Source of the DNA: Isurus oxyrinchus
Lineage: Eukaryota
DNA: 64,000 nucleotides
Reading direction: 5' to 3'
NCBI GenBank assembly: GCA_026770705.1
Contig: JANJGN010000021.1
Span: 29,388,001-29,452,000, forward strand
The notes beneath the pieces are model-generated. The model ran no database searches. It was not told the origin of the DNA and saw only the letters and a list, made by a program, of their open reading frames with translations. Below, one piece after another: positions 1 to 15,380 of the stretch (positions are counted from its first letter, which is position 1; each line of letters begins with the position of its first letter). The position numbers were made by a program, and so were the translations under genes.

Positions 1-200
1 ATGGAGGGTGAACAAATCCTGGGAAACTTCATTGCTAATGTCCCAAAGCTCTCCTTGAAAAATTATTCACCTCCACTCAATACCAAGGCTGATATTTAGA
101 ATTCAGCGGGTGGAGAGCAATAAGCACAACAAATTCCTATATACCATCAATGATCCTTATTAAATTTAACTCCAAAATACGTGTTCTACAGCTGCTTGGA

Positions 201-344
201 TGCTTGGCCTAAATAGCCAAGTGGTTATGGTACTGGGGTTGTAACCCCAAGATCAAGAGTTCAAATCTCACAATGGCAAACTATGAAACAATATAACTTC
301 ATCTGAAACAGATGGAAATGGGTTTGTACTCAAAAGAGTTCCAA
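201..344 (+). mobile_element. Short tRNA-derived SINE with TSD
   Basis: Pol III A box TAGCCAAGTGG and B box GAGTTCAAATC. Flanked by direct repeat CTGCTTGGA (192-200, 345-353). Confidence 0.7.
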
Positions 345-3300
345 CTGCTTGGAGGTGGAGATTGTTCATTCTTTTGTGCTTTATCTCTGTTAAAAGTGCC
401 TGGGGATTTTACATAATAATTAATGCATGGCAACTCTTTACTGTAAATGAACAATTTATAAAATCAAATTGTTATATTTGAAATTGTTGTTGTGAGGAGA
501 TTTTTTTCCAGTACTATACTAAACGCAATTCGGTACCACAAAATCTATCTTATATGACCAACAACCAACCAACTCAAACAGAAGTCATAGATGATAAGCG
601 ATGAAATGTGAGCCGTCTTCATTCACTTGTATTGACACACAAGGAGATATGTCCAAAATCTCCATACTTGAGATGTAGGATGCTGACAGCACTAGCTTGG
701 GTAAGATGGGGGCCCTCGCAATATGTAAGAAAACAAAAAAACATACGAAATGTGCGAATCCCCTGTACTTCAACTGCATACACTCACTCAAGGTTGCGAT
801 GCTTGAGAGTTATGATGACTGTTAGAAATTTTTTTTAGCCTACATGTGTTTAAAAAAACAACTGCGCTAATGTCACTCTCGAAGCGGTCAGATTTGGGTG
901 AGTTTCCAAACTCAGCTTCTCAAAGCTATAAGCAGCTTTGCTGAATTTTTTTTTTGCCCCTATCAGTACAACGAAGGCGCCAACTAGCGGCAACGTTGTG
1001 GCATTAGTCGTCAACAGTCCTGAACCAGAGAAACATCCATTGAGGAAATGCTGTCTCCTATACAGAGCTACGTCCTCCTTGTGCAAACTAACAGACCCAA
1101 CTGTATGATGTTGTTGGAAGTAATTTCTAATTGAATAGTTCAAGGGGGTGGGGCGGGGGGGGGGGGGCATTTTTTTAATATAACCATGGCTTCGTCACGT
1201 CCTCAATTTAGGAATAAAAGACAATTAGAATTTGAGACAATTTCAGAAATTGTCTAACTTATTAAAAGATTGCTGACTCTAATTTCTGAATTTAAAAAAG
1301 ATCAAGTGTAAAATGCAAATGTTGTTATACTAAGAGATGCATGACTCTGTGATTATGTGATTGCTGTTGATGTAGTAGCTCCTAGCTAGGAAACTGAGCG
1401 ATACAGGGTAAAAGTGGCACCGTGGTCCACAGACGCGCGCAGCCTTGAAGAATTTCGGGATATGAATATATAGCTCTGCTTTCAGGTTTACCTATTGGTC
1501 TGTGTGCGATTTTACTCCGAACAGAATGATTTTGCAAAGACACTATTGATCGTCGAACCTTTGTTAAGCTGTAACGGGGAATACCTTCAACCTGATGTTG
1601 GGATAATTTGGGAACAGGGAAGACGGGAGCTGCTGTAACGGGGCAGCCTTTTCGAAATCGGCAAAATTGGCGCGATTAACTTCCCATTCGACCATTCGAA
1701 TGAAGATTTTAAAACATTTATTCTTAATCTCAATCACATTTCTCGACCAGAAAGATTTCATGAACAGGTTGGATTATCTGATGGATTGTGAAATAATCAT
1801 AAATCTATATACATCCAGCTCAATCATTTTAAAATCACGCAGGGGGATTTTATTTTGCACATCTTCAGTGGAAACTGATCCAAATTGATTTAAGGCGTTA
1901 GTTCGACAGCTTTGAAAATATTGACGCCTCTCAATGCCCATGAATTTCAGCAAGAATGCGTGTTTTCGTTAAATATATTTGCAACACTTCATATTGCAAA
2001 ATCTGGAGCAATGTAATAGCTGTCTAGGTCTCATGAAAATCCGGCAGGTATTCGACTGGCGACAGATTTGAATGAGACACCCGCTCAGGGAGATACACAC
2101 CTAGAAAACGCCCTCTTTCAGATATTTCGTTTCCTAACTTCTGCTGAAATTCTGGGATAAGGATTAAATAATCAATGAAGGAAACTACCGAGGGAGTTCT
2201 TAGAAAATAGAGGGCAATATTTGATGACAGACTGACCCTTCCGTTTTCCCCTGAATAACTAACAGCCTAAGCAGTCCTTTTGGAAAGTGAGCCCTTTGGC
2301 AGCAACCGCCAGCAGCGGATTTTGTGTGTGGTGAAAACGGAACAAATGAAGCGCCAGTGATTTCAAAATTTTGATGAATAGTGGCTTAGATTCCATATTT
2401 TGTAATCTTCAGAAAAGCGCTATTAAAAAAAAAACCATGTTGAAGCCAATGTTGCCTGTAGTAACTTGCACTCCAATGGGTAGAATGAAAACAGCATCTT
2501 GATCTCGGCAAGTACTCGCAGTACATGAGGAATAGCAGCAACATTTACCAGTTGCTTATGCTCTCAATGCCAGTAGCTCTACACATCTCACTGCATTGTC
2601 CATGTGCAGCTGTGGCTGAGAGACAGAAATCCTGACAAGAAGCGGCTTATGGTAAATTCTTGTGGCTATTTTATGGTGAAGGTTATTGACAGGTCTTACA
2701 CCGCACTTAATAAACAATCTGTCACCATTCGACAATCCTACCTGTCATTTCAAACAGCGAGCTACATACTTCGAAAACCCAATATAGGTTTAAAGAGTCC
2801 TTGTTAAGTGGTCTGAGTGGTAGTTTGAGAGGCTGGGTTGGGGGGGGGGCAGATCAGTGGATATTCATTGTAAACCAAACAGTTTGGAACTAGGCTATTA
2901 AACAGAACGATAGGGTTATCTTCAAAAAAATAATTCAGGTCTTAAAGCATCATTGCGAGCTGAAATTATGTAACTGAACAGCATCAAATTCACTATTTTT
3001 ATTAAACTAACTTGCACTACCTGAAAAATCAGTAGCAAAAATAAAAATAAATATTTTCCTTATCAGTTGCACCAATTGAATACCTGCAATTTAAATTCTT
3101 CGTTTTACTAAGGGATGCTTAAGCACTCTGATGGGATATTTCAGTCGTCAAATTTTCTAAATATCTGTATCATTTAATTTGAAAAGTTTCAAGAGAGAAA
3201 AACAACCCCTTTGGTTTCCTGATTATAATTTTGCAAGAATTGAACAGAATGTTCCTATATTTATAAAATTCTGACCACTGCATTCGATAGTCTATGCTTT

Positions 3301-4469
3301 CTCGGGTTTGATTGGGAATGTACAATGCGGTTGTACATGTTACTTTATTCTTATAAAAACGGAATCCCATGTAATCAAACCGATTATGCAGGTGACCAGC
3401 TAAAATTAAACCGCAAACGTTATTTAACAGGGGAAATGGCAGATTATTGTTCCAAAGAAAGGTTATAGGAATTTCTATCACGCTTGTTTCCAAATTGTAT
3501 TGACTACAATGGATAATATTGTATTTAATTAGTAAGGCAGCGCAGAGTACAGAACTGGTGATGGTTTTGGTGATTTCTTCTGCATGTTAATATCGCACAA
3601 AGAGTCGAATTTCATCCACGAAAATTAAGTCTAGGCGCCCATGTTCCTTGTGTTCCGAGCCGGCGATGAGCACAATGCTCTTATTGCCACATTCCTGGAA
3701 GGATGCTTGTGATTGTCTGACACCTGGGTTTGAGGGGGTGGGGAGGTGCTTTTCACCAAAATTATTACATCTATGTAGTTTCGTTTGTCCTTGCCTGGTT
3801 TTGATGAAGACACTTTAATGATCCCCCTCACTAATGGAGTGGGCGGCTATGTCATTATTAAAGCTATACCCATAATCATTTCAATTGTGCTAAAGAAAAA
3901 GATAATATAAAAGATAATATCATGACATGCATACAAGATATCATCTCAAAATGTGTGTGTGGGGGTGGGGGGGTTAGTGGTGAACATCTAGGCTGGAACC
4001 AATCTATCCAAACCTGTCTGTAATCACATTTATTATGTGATTTATACGCAGCGCATGTAAATGGCATAACGACCTGTTCCTGCAAACACTCGTGGAATAC
4101 AAGGATGGTCCTAAACAATTGATTTTACTGTTTATAATATTTATGTATATAAGAGTGCACATGCATGCATTCCATTTAACCTTAGTTTACAGGGATCCGC
4201 ATGTTAATGTAGAATTATCTGCGCAATGTTGTGTTGCGTGTCCTCGCTGCCTGATCTATCCCCACTGTTCTTATTCCGAGTTGTGGAAGTCCTATTGATG
4301 TTAGCCTTTCGTTATAAAGCAAATAAATCCTGTTCTAAGCAGCACTGACTTGTCGACCTTTACCCAAGGAAAGTACTGTTTGTAATTTTCTGTTGAGCTA
4401 TGTCAGCTATGTAAACATATTAATAAAACGCAAAACGCATAAGCATCTGAATGAGGTTGGGCTCAAAAC

Positions 4470-4640
4470 GTGGGGGTGGGGTGGGACCCAAGGGTCGCTC
4501 CACCTTCTTCGGGGCGTGACCTGCGCTCATTGGCTGCAAGAGTTTCAAGGGTGACATTAAAGGACGTGACTGGCTGAGAGATCTGTCAATCACTGCCAGC
4601 CCCCTCAGGTTAGGTGACGGAGGCTGTATATTGGCAGCTC
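4470..4640 (+). promoter_or_regulatory. Candidate RUNX3 P2 core/proximal promoter
   Basis: GT/GC boxes (4472-4485; GGGGCGTG 4511-4518), two reverse CCAAT boxes (ATTGG 4529-4533, 4630-4634) and a PBX/PKNOX decamer CTGTCAATCA (4583-4592), about 750-900 bp upstream of the ATG. TSS not determinable from sequence. Confidence 0.55.
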
Positions 4641-5332
4641 AGTGCACTTCCCTGCTCTAATCTGAGGAGCAAGCAAACTTTTTGAAAGAAACCCAAGGAT
4701 TTCAGTAAATTTATGTGGAGATTCGTCTAGCAGATTGCAACCTTTAGGAATACTGTAAAAAAATTGTTTCTTTTCTGCATATCTTGTTTTGAAACGCTGC
4801 AGCGTCGGTTTGTGTGCGCGTTTTGGAGGTGGTCAGATCTCTGTCTTATTGACGTTGACGGGGCTGCAGTGATACTGAGAAGTCATCGTCGCCTCTCTGG
4901 GTTAGCTCGGCGTGGGGAGCTAGAAGTTACGGCTTCACGATATGATCACCACGAGCTACATGGGGGGAAATGGTTTTCAGCCGCTTTGAAGTTGCAGAAC
5001 TCTTGGCTTGAAGAGCTTGCTGATTCTGAGGTCGTTTGCAAAAAACACAAAACCCTCTTGGCACCAGACGCGGATCCTCATACTTCTGAGTGATCTATGG
5101 GCAGGAGGAATGGACTATTCAGTATCTCAATAAATAGGAAGGAATCAAGTTGAGAGTATTTGGAACTGAAAGGACATTTCGATTGACGATTTGAAACGTG
5201 ATTGCGTTGACTGAAAAAAAAAGTTGATCGGGTTTTTTTTTCAAAAGTTGGCCTTTGAGAGGAAAGACTTTCTCCAAACAAAAAAAAAAGACACAGGGTT
5301 ATTTAACCGCAGCCACTGTTTGAAGCGGTTGA

Positions 5333-5800
<468 letters not shown>

Positions 5801-7115
5801 TGAAAACCTGAGAGACTTTTTTGGGGGGGAAAAACACATTAAAATGTAACAAAATAAGCATAAAATTACTTTTAATATCTACACCGTCCGTGCAAAGAGG
5901 TTCAATTAGACTGTGTTATTGACAATGAAATGGATCATTTTTAAAAATTATACATAATCCTCTTTAATTAATAAATTGTTACTAATCTAATGGAATTAAC
6001 AAGGCAAGTGTATACACCTCCAGACAGTGCGGGACTGTAATGCCTGTCTGGTACGAATACAGTTAAAGAGCTGCACAGATATGGTGCTGGATCTGTGATA
6101 ACCAACCTGGCAAATAGCATAATATGTGCTGAATTCACCTAAAACATACAAATTAACGGCTAAAACCTCCCCGGCAGCTTTTCATCATTTTAAGAAAATA
6201 CACGTTCGATTTTTTTTTCTCACTCTCTCTTCTTTGGAGTTAAACAAACATTACCAACGATTGGAGACTTCTTAATGTTTCACCGTCCTGTTCCTGAGCA
6301 TGAGCCCCACAGCTGAGGCGGATGCCCTGTCAACTAAAGTCAGAACGTAGGCCCAGTTGCTCTCTGCGGTGTTAATCACAGCATTCTGGAGCTGAGAGAA
6401 AGGTTTATTTTTGTCAGTGCGAATTATGCCAAATGCATAAGCAGCTCCTAAAATTACACCCTTCGACACACAAATTGGACGCATCAGAATTTCCAGATAA
6501 CTTAACATGGACAAAGACGTTAAGTAACTAAAATGAGAAAACAATCAAATCCTCCCTTTTAAATGCGCAGGATATAAATCGAAATGGGTTCAGCCTTCGA
6601 ATTTTAAGGGTTCAGGCGAGCTCAGTTTGTGCAGGTGTTCAGCAATCCGCCTGCTAACATCCAGTTCCTGCAGTTTAGAACCAGGAGAGGGGATATAACC
6701 TTGCTCATACCCGCCTTCATAATAACACCAATGATTTCACCCAATCTCGGTGCAAATTGATATTTAAAAAAACAATAACGACGCCAGAGAATTTCGCCAA
6801 AATTCGAAGTGGTGAAATGAATGCCGGATTGCTGCATTCGAGCACAAACTGATTCAGGGGAGGAAAAAGCCTGAAATTGGCTGAAATACATGGACAAGGT
6901 TCCAGTTACTTTTCGTTAAAACTGATGTCCTTGTTCAGGACAAAATGTCCAATAAATTGGGTGTTTTGTTCTTATATATTTAAAGAAGTATTTATGTAGA
7001 CTGGCGCCGAATGCACCAAAAGTTAAGGTCACCCCTTTTAAAAAAATATACTATGGGGGGGGGGAGTAATAATGAAATCATTTATAGTTATATCTAATGG
7101 TTGTTGATTTTCTGA

Positions 7116-7517
<402 letters not shown>

Positions 7518-10500
7518 TGAGGCATTTGGCGCACTTTTTCTCCACCGATTTGAGGCTTTTCAATTCACCTGTAATCATTTCATACCGCAATTCACCAGCT
7601 ATTTGACCGCACCAAATCTATTCTCTTGCTTGGAAGGCTGTGACAACCTAAGGTTTTGGCAAACCTTCTTTTTAAACTTATTCAGTGGTTTTCAGTGCAT
7701 TAATTTGCAGTTGTTTCACAAATTGAAATTAACTCGTGGACAGTTTGCCATGAATTGAGGTAATTTCTGTTTTGTATCCCCTTGTAAATACCACAAAATT
7801 TTCACTTGTTCTTTGATTTTTTCTTTAAAAATAGGAAAAAAGTGTTCCCACTTTTAAGCAAAGCCCATTCTATTAGAAGTGAATTGTTATTAGACAACTT
7901 CGTATTTCTTCTCCGTGAATTAGGATATCAGGAAATACAGTCAGTTTATTAATGAACTTCGAGCTTTAATAGGGGGCTCATTTTAAACCTGAACTCAAAT
8001 TACTTACACTGCCTTGTGGCATTTCCCTTTTCCTCCCGATTCTCTCCTGCTTTGCCGATTTTCAAAAAGGAAACAAATTTCTAACCACTTGTAGAATGAG
8101 GAAGGATTCCATTCCCTTTACGGCTTCGTAGCAACATATTCTGAAGTGAATTATAATTACAGAGAAACTGATGCTTCTTTTATAGTGTGGGTGAAGATTA
8201 TGTTTGAGCCGTTATTCATAGATTTTTTTTTTAATTCGCATACATCTTTAATCTGGGCCGACTTTAAGGTTTCACTTTGATGACTGACCTCCCCTCTTTT
8301 GTTGGATCCATTAGGATCTTGCCGCCTTTTTATTAAAGGACTCCCTCATCTTCTGTAAACGGCCCACGGTCTGTTAGAATTATAATTTTTCTCAGTAACC
8401 ATTCCACAAAATTATCCAAATACACAAGAACAACAACAAAAAAGAGCGATAGCTCTGAAGTTCCGACGTGCAATAAGTTTTTTTAAAAAATCGCAAGCTG
8501 TCTGCAGGAGGTGAAGACACCGATTGGAAGATAAGCAGAAGAGTTGTTTTTCAAATTGGCCTTATCTTTTAAATCGTTGCAAGTAAATGCTACGGCTTAT
8601 TTATTCAGAAATTAATTTCTGCCTACGTTTTGCACCATATATTAATTTTGCATTCAGAATGGTCCATAATGACCATTCACATTTGCCTTTTTAAGAGGGA
8701 CCACCTGTAACAAAATAGCCATCACATACAAAGCATATGCTCTTAAATAATATAAATCACCACAGTACAAATATGTTATTCAAAATTTAGCTGTCTAATA
8801 CCCTTAAAGCACATGAATTCTGGGTACCTTAAGAGTATCAGCTTCAATCTGTTTTCATGCACATCTATTTGTTCTCATGCAAGATATGATCTTTTGCAGT
8901 TAAAGCCATTTATGAAAGCAAGAAAATGTAAGATTGTTACCATAAGAAAACTGGCATGTAATTTAAGTCATAAATATGGTTTAGGAAATATTTAAGCAGG
9001 AAGGGCAATGTTTTATTAACTGTATGATGCATTGCTAGGAGACAATTTCCTTAGTAAGAGCTCTGCGTAGACACAATTCTTTCACTAGCCAGTTGTGCAA
9101 ATGTTGATGCCTTTTTTAAATTCATCCATGGGATCTTGCCATCACTGGCAAGGCCTGCACTTATTTCCCATTCCTAATTGCCCTTACACAGGCAACTGTG
9201 AACCTGACCTTGGATTTCATTTCTGCTTCTCAATTATTGGTACATATTTTAGAATATTCCTGCTGGACTACATCTGCTGTTTAATCAGCATTCCATTCAC
9301 AAAGTGCCACACAAAATTTATTAAAATCTGATTTTTGCATCCGCATAAAAACTTAATGCAACCCCCAGGTTAGATTTAGATTTTTATTCCCTTATAATTA
9401 GCATTACCAATACTTCACAACTGTGCTTAATTCTGAAAACTGTGAAGGATTTGACCAAATAAGGATAATTTTTAAATTTACTTTAATGACACCATTATTC
9501 AAAAAAAATCCTTTACTGATAATTGAAAAATGCTTTGGATTTTGTGACCAGGTGCATTTTGCAGCCAAAGCATTGAAAATAATTTCAATATTTAGTCTTT
9601 CCATTTACAGGAGATGCTGTAGAATAACACATCCAAGGTAATTTTAGTCAAAATAAATGCAAGAATAGGACAGTGGCTGGAAGCCTTTGAAGTACATTTG
9701 TGTACATTCATAGCAGTTGCTTATTTTTTAAAAAATTGTACATGGAGGCAGTGGCCCCTTTCACTGTATTTTGCTTATTCAGTTTTACAATTCCAATTCT
9801 CTTAATTGTGTCTGTAGAACGCATTTCTATAACTCACACATAGGAACCACAAAAGAATATTCAGTTCTAATGAGTTAGCAATAATTGACAGGTGTATTCT
9901 TTTAATGCTTGGAAAAGTTTTTTTTAAGCTTTTCCAAAAAAGTGAACAGATTCAGGCAAATAGGCAAATACTGTATTTACTTATATAATTGTAGTGTTTG
10001 AACATAATGTGAAGCAACTCGTAGCTAGGAAAAACAAAAACTCCAGATGAACATTGTATATAAAGAACCTAACCTGAAATTATATAATATAAAATTATAC
10101 ACAGAAGGAAATTTTAAACAATCAATTGATTTTGACATAGAACAATTTCAGCAATTAAACTGACTTGTAAACATAGTATTTGATCTCTTGGCTCAAACAT
10201 GAATATTATTTTGTAAATTTGACGTGAACAAAAAAATGTTCAGAAAACCTTTAAATTAGAAAATGTAGGAATTATTTCCGTTTTTTAATCTGCTGAAACC
10301 ACCAAAAGTATTATTTAACTTTCAAAGGTAGTCTGTAAATAAAGATACACTTGCACATTTTTTTTGTAAAAAATACACTGGTTTAAAATTAATCTTAATG
10401 CAAATTCTATTACATCTATCTAGTATTATGGCACAGTTTTTAATGCTGGGATTATTGCTGTTTGTTCAGTGACCTTACTATTCTATTAGTATACACTAGT

Positions 10501-12548
10501 CATTTTCACTATGTTAATGTTCATAATGGCCTTGCAAACATCATCTTCCTGCCAGAATGCAGTTGTTGGTAGTAAACACAACATGCTAAGAAGCACCAGA
10601 GTACAACCTTCTGTGTTAACATGTACCCACTCTTGCAGTCCTAAATCTTACATTCATAACAAAACAAATCTTTCCACTTAGAACCAATCATATTTCTTGT
10701 GCAACAAATCGAACTCCTTCAATCTGTTTTAATTAATATGAATCCTCAGCTAATTACTTAGAAACTCTAGTGACCCATTTTTTGTGGGTTTTGGCTGGTG
10801 ACGATATATGATGATATAAACTGTATCAAAAATAGAAGTTGGTTCCTGTTGAGTGGAACCCCTGTTTACCACAACTTAATGCCAGCTTGAAAGCACTTCA
10901 CTCAGTACATTACAAGTATGTAAACTGATGAGTGAATATTTCTAATAATAAAATTGAAAATGAAAAAGTTGCCAAAATATCAGTCAATGTAATTTATATT
11001 TATAAAATTTGATTTCATAGTTCAATTGTATATTTCTGTCACGTGAATGGTTTCCCTCTTCCCCTAGCTCATGTTTACATTTACAGTCCAGGTTACCTGC
11101 AATTACATTGGAAAAACCTTTTCACAGAATCAACCAGAATAGAACAAGAACACCGTAAGACTTAGGCTTACTAAGTGTTGTGCTGTTCACAGTTAAGCGA
11201 GAAAGCTGGCAGTAATTCAGGACTACAAAGAGTGATTCCTATTGGTGGAACATGGTTTCATTCATCATTTTTCCTGTCAGTGTTTTTACTTAAAAAGACC
11301 AATGTAACGTGCAGGACAATTTCACTTCAATCAGGTCAAACTATACCAGATTTACCTTTATAGTACTCATTCCTATTGCTTGTCCAATTAACAACTGTTT
11401 GAACATGGCCTTCTAACATCTGCTGTTGCTAATGTGAAACAAACTGCAAAAAAGATAGTGAAATTATGGAAATGTTGCAAACGATTGCCCAGACTATTAT
11501 TTCCTTTTAATCTATTTGATAAATATTCCTGATCAGTGAATAAGAATTGAGTTGGTAAATCCGACTACAGAGCAATGGTTTATAATAAATATAATGCTAT
11601 TAATAAGGTGAATGCTGACTCATGGCCAGTTTGATTCTCCTTCTCACAGGCCACAATGAACCACAAGACTGCCCCAAAACAACAGTAGGCAGTGAACCAC
11701 ATCACAGGACTGTGTTGAGCACCATGTTACCTCTATTAAGTGTCAAGCACCACACCAAAATGTAAACTTGAAAACTTTAAGAAACAGCTCTCGAAATCTT
11801 TTGAAAATTGGAATGCCTGTTGTAATACTAACATCATACTTCTCATTTGTTATCTGGCAAACCTTTAAAGCTTTTCAATTTGTGTAATGGTGCATGTAGT
11901 GTGATGCAAAAACAAAAGAAAATCAGAAGATGGTGGAATAATAGATAAACTGGGTTGGTACAAGACCCATTGTAATGATGCATGCTTCTCAACCTGAATC
12001 AGTGCAATTTTACCTGTATTGCATGCTCTCTTTTCCAGTAGCGGACATTTCAAACATTTATTTACTTAATGTTGCCTGTGTGAAATTTTACAGAACCAAA
12101 ACTTGTGATGGTCTAATGTGATTTTGTCGCAGTGGCTGAAAGACTATGGTTACTGTTCTCAGCTGCAGTCACAACACAGTGATGAGCCTTTCTAAGCTTC
12201 ATGTTTCCAAATTTGTTCTTTAGTGATTCTTCCCTTAACTTCCTGACCTTTGGAGATCAGAGTTTTGAGGAAACTGAATAATATATATCCTTGTTTCTTG
12301 ATCTAACAAAGATTAGGATTGCTCCTCACCTGCAGATGCCCTGTATAGGGAAGGTTAGCTGATTCTCTCTTATTCAGTAGCATAAGATAGATTTATGGGA
12401 TTATAACCTCTTATTCTCCAATCATTCTTGCCAGTTGTAAATAGCTAGGTTCTGTAGGTTAAAAAGATACAAGATAATTTTTATTATTTAAGGATGTCCA
12501 CTATTTTAGTCCTTACATTCCCTGTGTAATTTGAAAATTACACATATC

Positions 12549-13309
12549 GGGGTAGAATTTCTGCTTTGGGCGCAGTTGCTGATTCTGGTGCAAATTCTGC
12601 CCCAGATTGTGCCTGTTTTGAAACATGTTTTTTTTTTCTACCCCATCCCCCCAAACCCCCCAAGTTTTTGCTCAAACCCATTTGCATGAATTCAAAATCT
12701 GCTGTGAATCAATGCAATCGGGTAGCGTTTTAAATGGTAATTAAACGATGTTTGTTATGAATAATTTTCCTTCATATATTTAAAAATGGTAACTAGGTGA
12801 AGCTTGATTAAAACAGCTGAAATTAAGGTTATTACAAAATTAAACATTTGTAATCACAGTGACAACCCACCACATCTGAGTAAAAGAAAACTAAATTACT
12901 GAAATTCAACTTTAAAAATGTATTAAACTATTTTCCAGTTATTTAGGCGTGCATTAGTCAGTTTCTTTGCAAGTTAAAACAAAAATCACAATTTAAAACT
13001 TCTAAAGACCTTTTAATGTCCTTGCAAAAAGTCATTTTTACAAAATGTTGCCAAAAGAGCCAGCTTAAATTTTAAAGCCTCCTAGAAGGCCTGCAAACTA
13101 GTGCAATTAGTGGAAACACCTAACGGTTATTAATTCACCTTGGGGCTGTGGTCAGTTTTGTGAGTGGGGCCTGCTTGCAACACAAAATGTTTTTAACACG
13201 AGCTCAAAAGACCTTGGAAATATATCAGTTACGCTGAACTTAAATTGCACATAAATCTTTTGCACAGTTTATGCTGATTTCACCTGAATTTCTCGGAAAA
13301 ATTCGGCCC
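12549..13309. mobile_element. Non-autonomous TIR DNA element (possibly PIF/Harbinger-derived)
   Basis: Ends GGGGTAGAATTTC ... GAAAAATTCGGCCC form imperfect inverted repeats shared with other elements in the window. Confidence 0.4.
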
Positions 13310-14288
13310 AATCAAGTGGAAATTCCAGGTCATGCTTCCCATGCTACAGAGTCGCGAGGGTCAATATTCAGTGGAGGTGAAGTGCTGAACTGTATGAAGA
13401 GGAATAAGATTAATTTATCCGTAAAATTCTCTGAATAAAGCAGCACTTCTAGATAAATTATTTCCGATTCAAAAGAAGCCACACAACAAACCTTCCCAGA
13501 ATAATATATTTGATGGAAGCACACTCCCTTTCAGAATGCAGGAGTTTATATTGTCATATGATGGACTGTACTGCCCTGTCAGACTAACACGAATCCATTT
13601 GTGAAAATAGAGAATTGTCTCATTCAGTGAACAGGCATTCCTGAATGGTGCTGACAAAATTAACCCGCTATTGATTGTAGCCTCAATGTGAGTGAATGCT
13701 TGAAAGTGACCAGGAGATTTAGCTTCATTCTGAGGGCTGCCTGGATTTCCACACACCGCTCTCAGCTGGTTGATTTCTTGATAGTCACTCCTGATGCAGT
13801 TGATGACCACTGTCCTACTGTGGGCGTCACCTTCCCAGGATCAGAAAAAGACCTTTCAGAACCCAAGTTGTTCTATTTGAATTCCACCTCCAAATAACAG
13901 ACCGTGGAGCAAGCAGTTGGTGACCAGGAGATGACAGAAATATCCCATTTTATTGACTGGAAGGTGGGGGGGGGGAGGCAAGTTTGGCAGGGAGTGGGAG
14001 TGGCCAAGAAGCTTTTTTTAAAGAGCAAGTCGAGATAAGACAAGTTAGCTCTTCACTCGCAAAAGGTACTCCCATAGGGGTGCAGCATGGAACCAATGAA
14101 ATCCATCCCTAATGCATCCATGAGGTATATTTCATAATAAAATTTAGTTTTCTGTGTTTAAAAAAAATCCACAGTGGAAAGCAAAGCTATCCTACATGGA
14201 CAGGCTGGGGAATGTTGTCCCCTTCCTGTTCCCTTTCCTTTCCCAGTCTTCAATGCTTGACGTGTCTGGCAGAAACATGGCAAAATAA

Positions 14289-14441
<153 letters not shown>

Positions 14442-15380
14442 TAAATATCAAACATAGAATACATTCATTCAGGATTAATTATCATCTGAGATTGGTGCTT
14501 TAATCAGCAGTAATTACTGCAAGTAAAGTGTTCATGAATAGGTTTATTCACTGCTCGAAATGCGAATTCAGAGTTGTGTTGTACAGTGATATCAAATATT
14601 ATACATTTACACTGAAAACTTAAATACATGACAAAGATAACATGGAAGGTATTCACACCAGGATTAACAGTCATTTCAAATCAAAGGTTACAATCAGCAT
14701 TAATTAACTACAGTATTTAAGCAATGAATGGGCAGATTCAGTGCTAAAATGCAACTGAATCTTGAAGTATTATTTAGTATTTTTAAGCTAATGAGAGGGA
14801 TCTGAAGCTATGATATTTAATGGCTAAAGATGAATCACATCTGGAAAAACAATGAATTGGCCAACATGAAGTATAATTTGTATTCTTGGTAATGGAATTG
14901 GTGTGAGATACTGATGTTAAGCCATGATTATAAATAGAACTGTGACACTGAATGGTTTATTTGCTCCTTGACTGTAGTATGCACATTGTAAATAATCAAC
15001 TTCTTTAGCTGAATAATTTGTTCCTGCTCCCTTATTATCAATAAATAAATAGAAGCAGACAAAATAGATTATTTTGTTGAGTTTAGCCAGCTTGGGTCCC
15101 TGCAGACTATAATCCTGGCTGAAGTGTCCACAATGCTTACCCTTTATGTTCAGATATTTAAAGCTTGTGTTTTTCAGCCAGAGTTTTGGAAATAATAATG
15201 GAATAAAAACATTTTTAAAATCACATTTCAGATGTGCCGTGTCACAGAAATGTACTTTTTGTGTGACAGAAACTGAACTGTGGAACCATGCAGTTTATTT
15301 GCTAACTGGGCTGAACTCTCCTCTTCTTTGAGAGTTCCTGCCAATCAAAGAACGAGGAACTGACAACAAAGAGGAGAGAT

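Noticed and set aside
205-280. Functional tRNA gene
   Set aside because: A/B boxes are present but no convincing acceptor stem forms, and it is flanked by a TSD, so it is better explained as a SINE head.
1-4400. P1 exon (MASNS...) or a neighbouring gene
   Set aside because: No matching peptide with a splice donor seen; the short ORFs here lack recognisable motifs.
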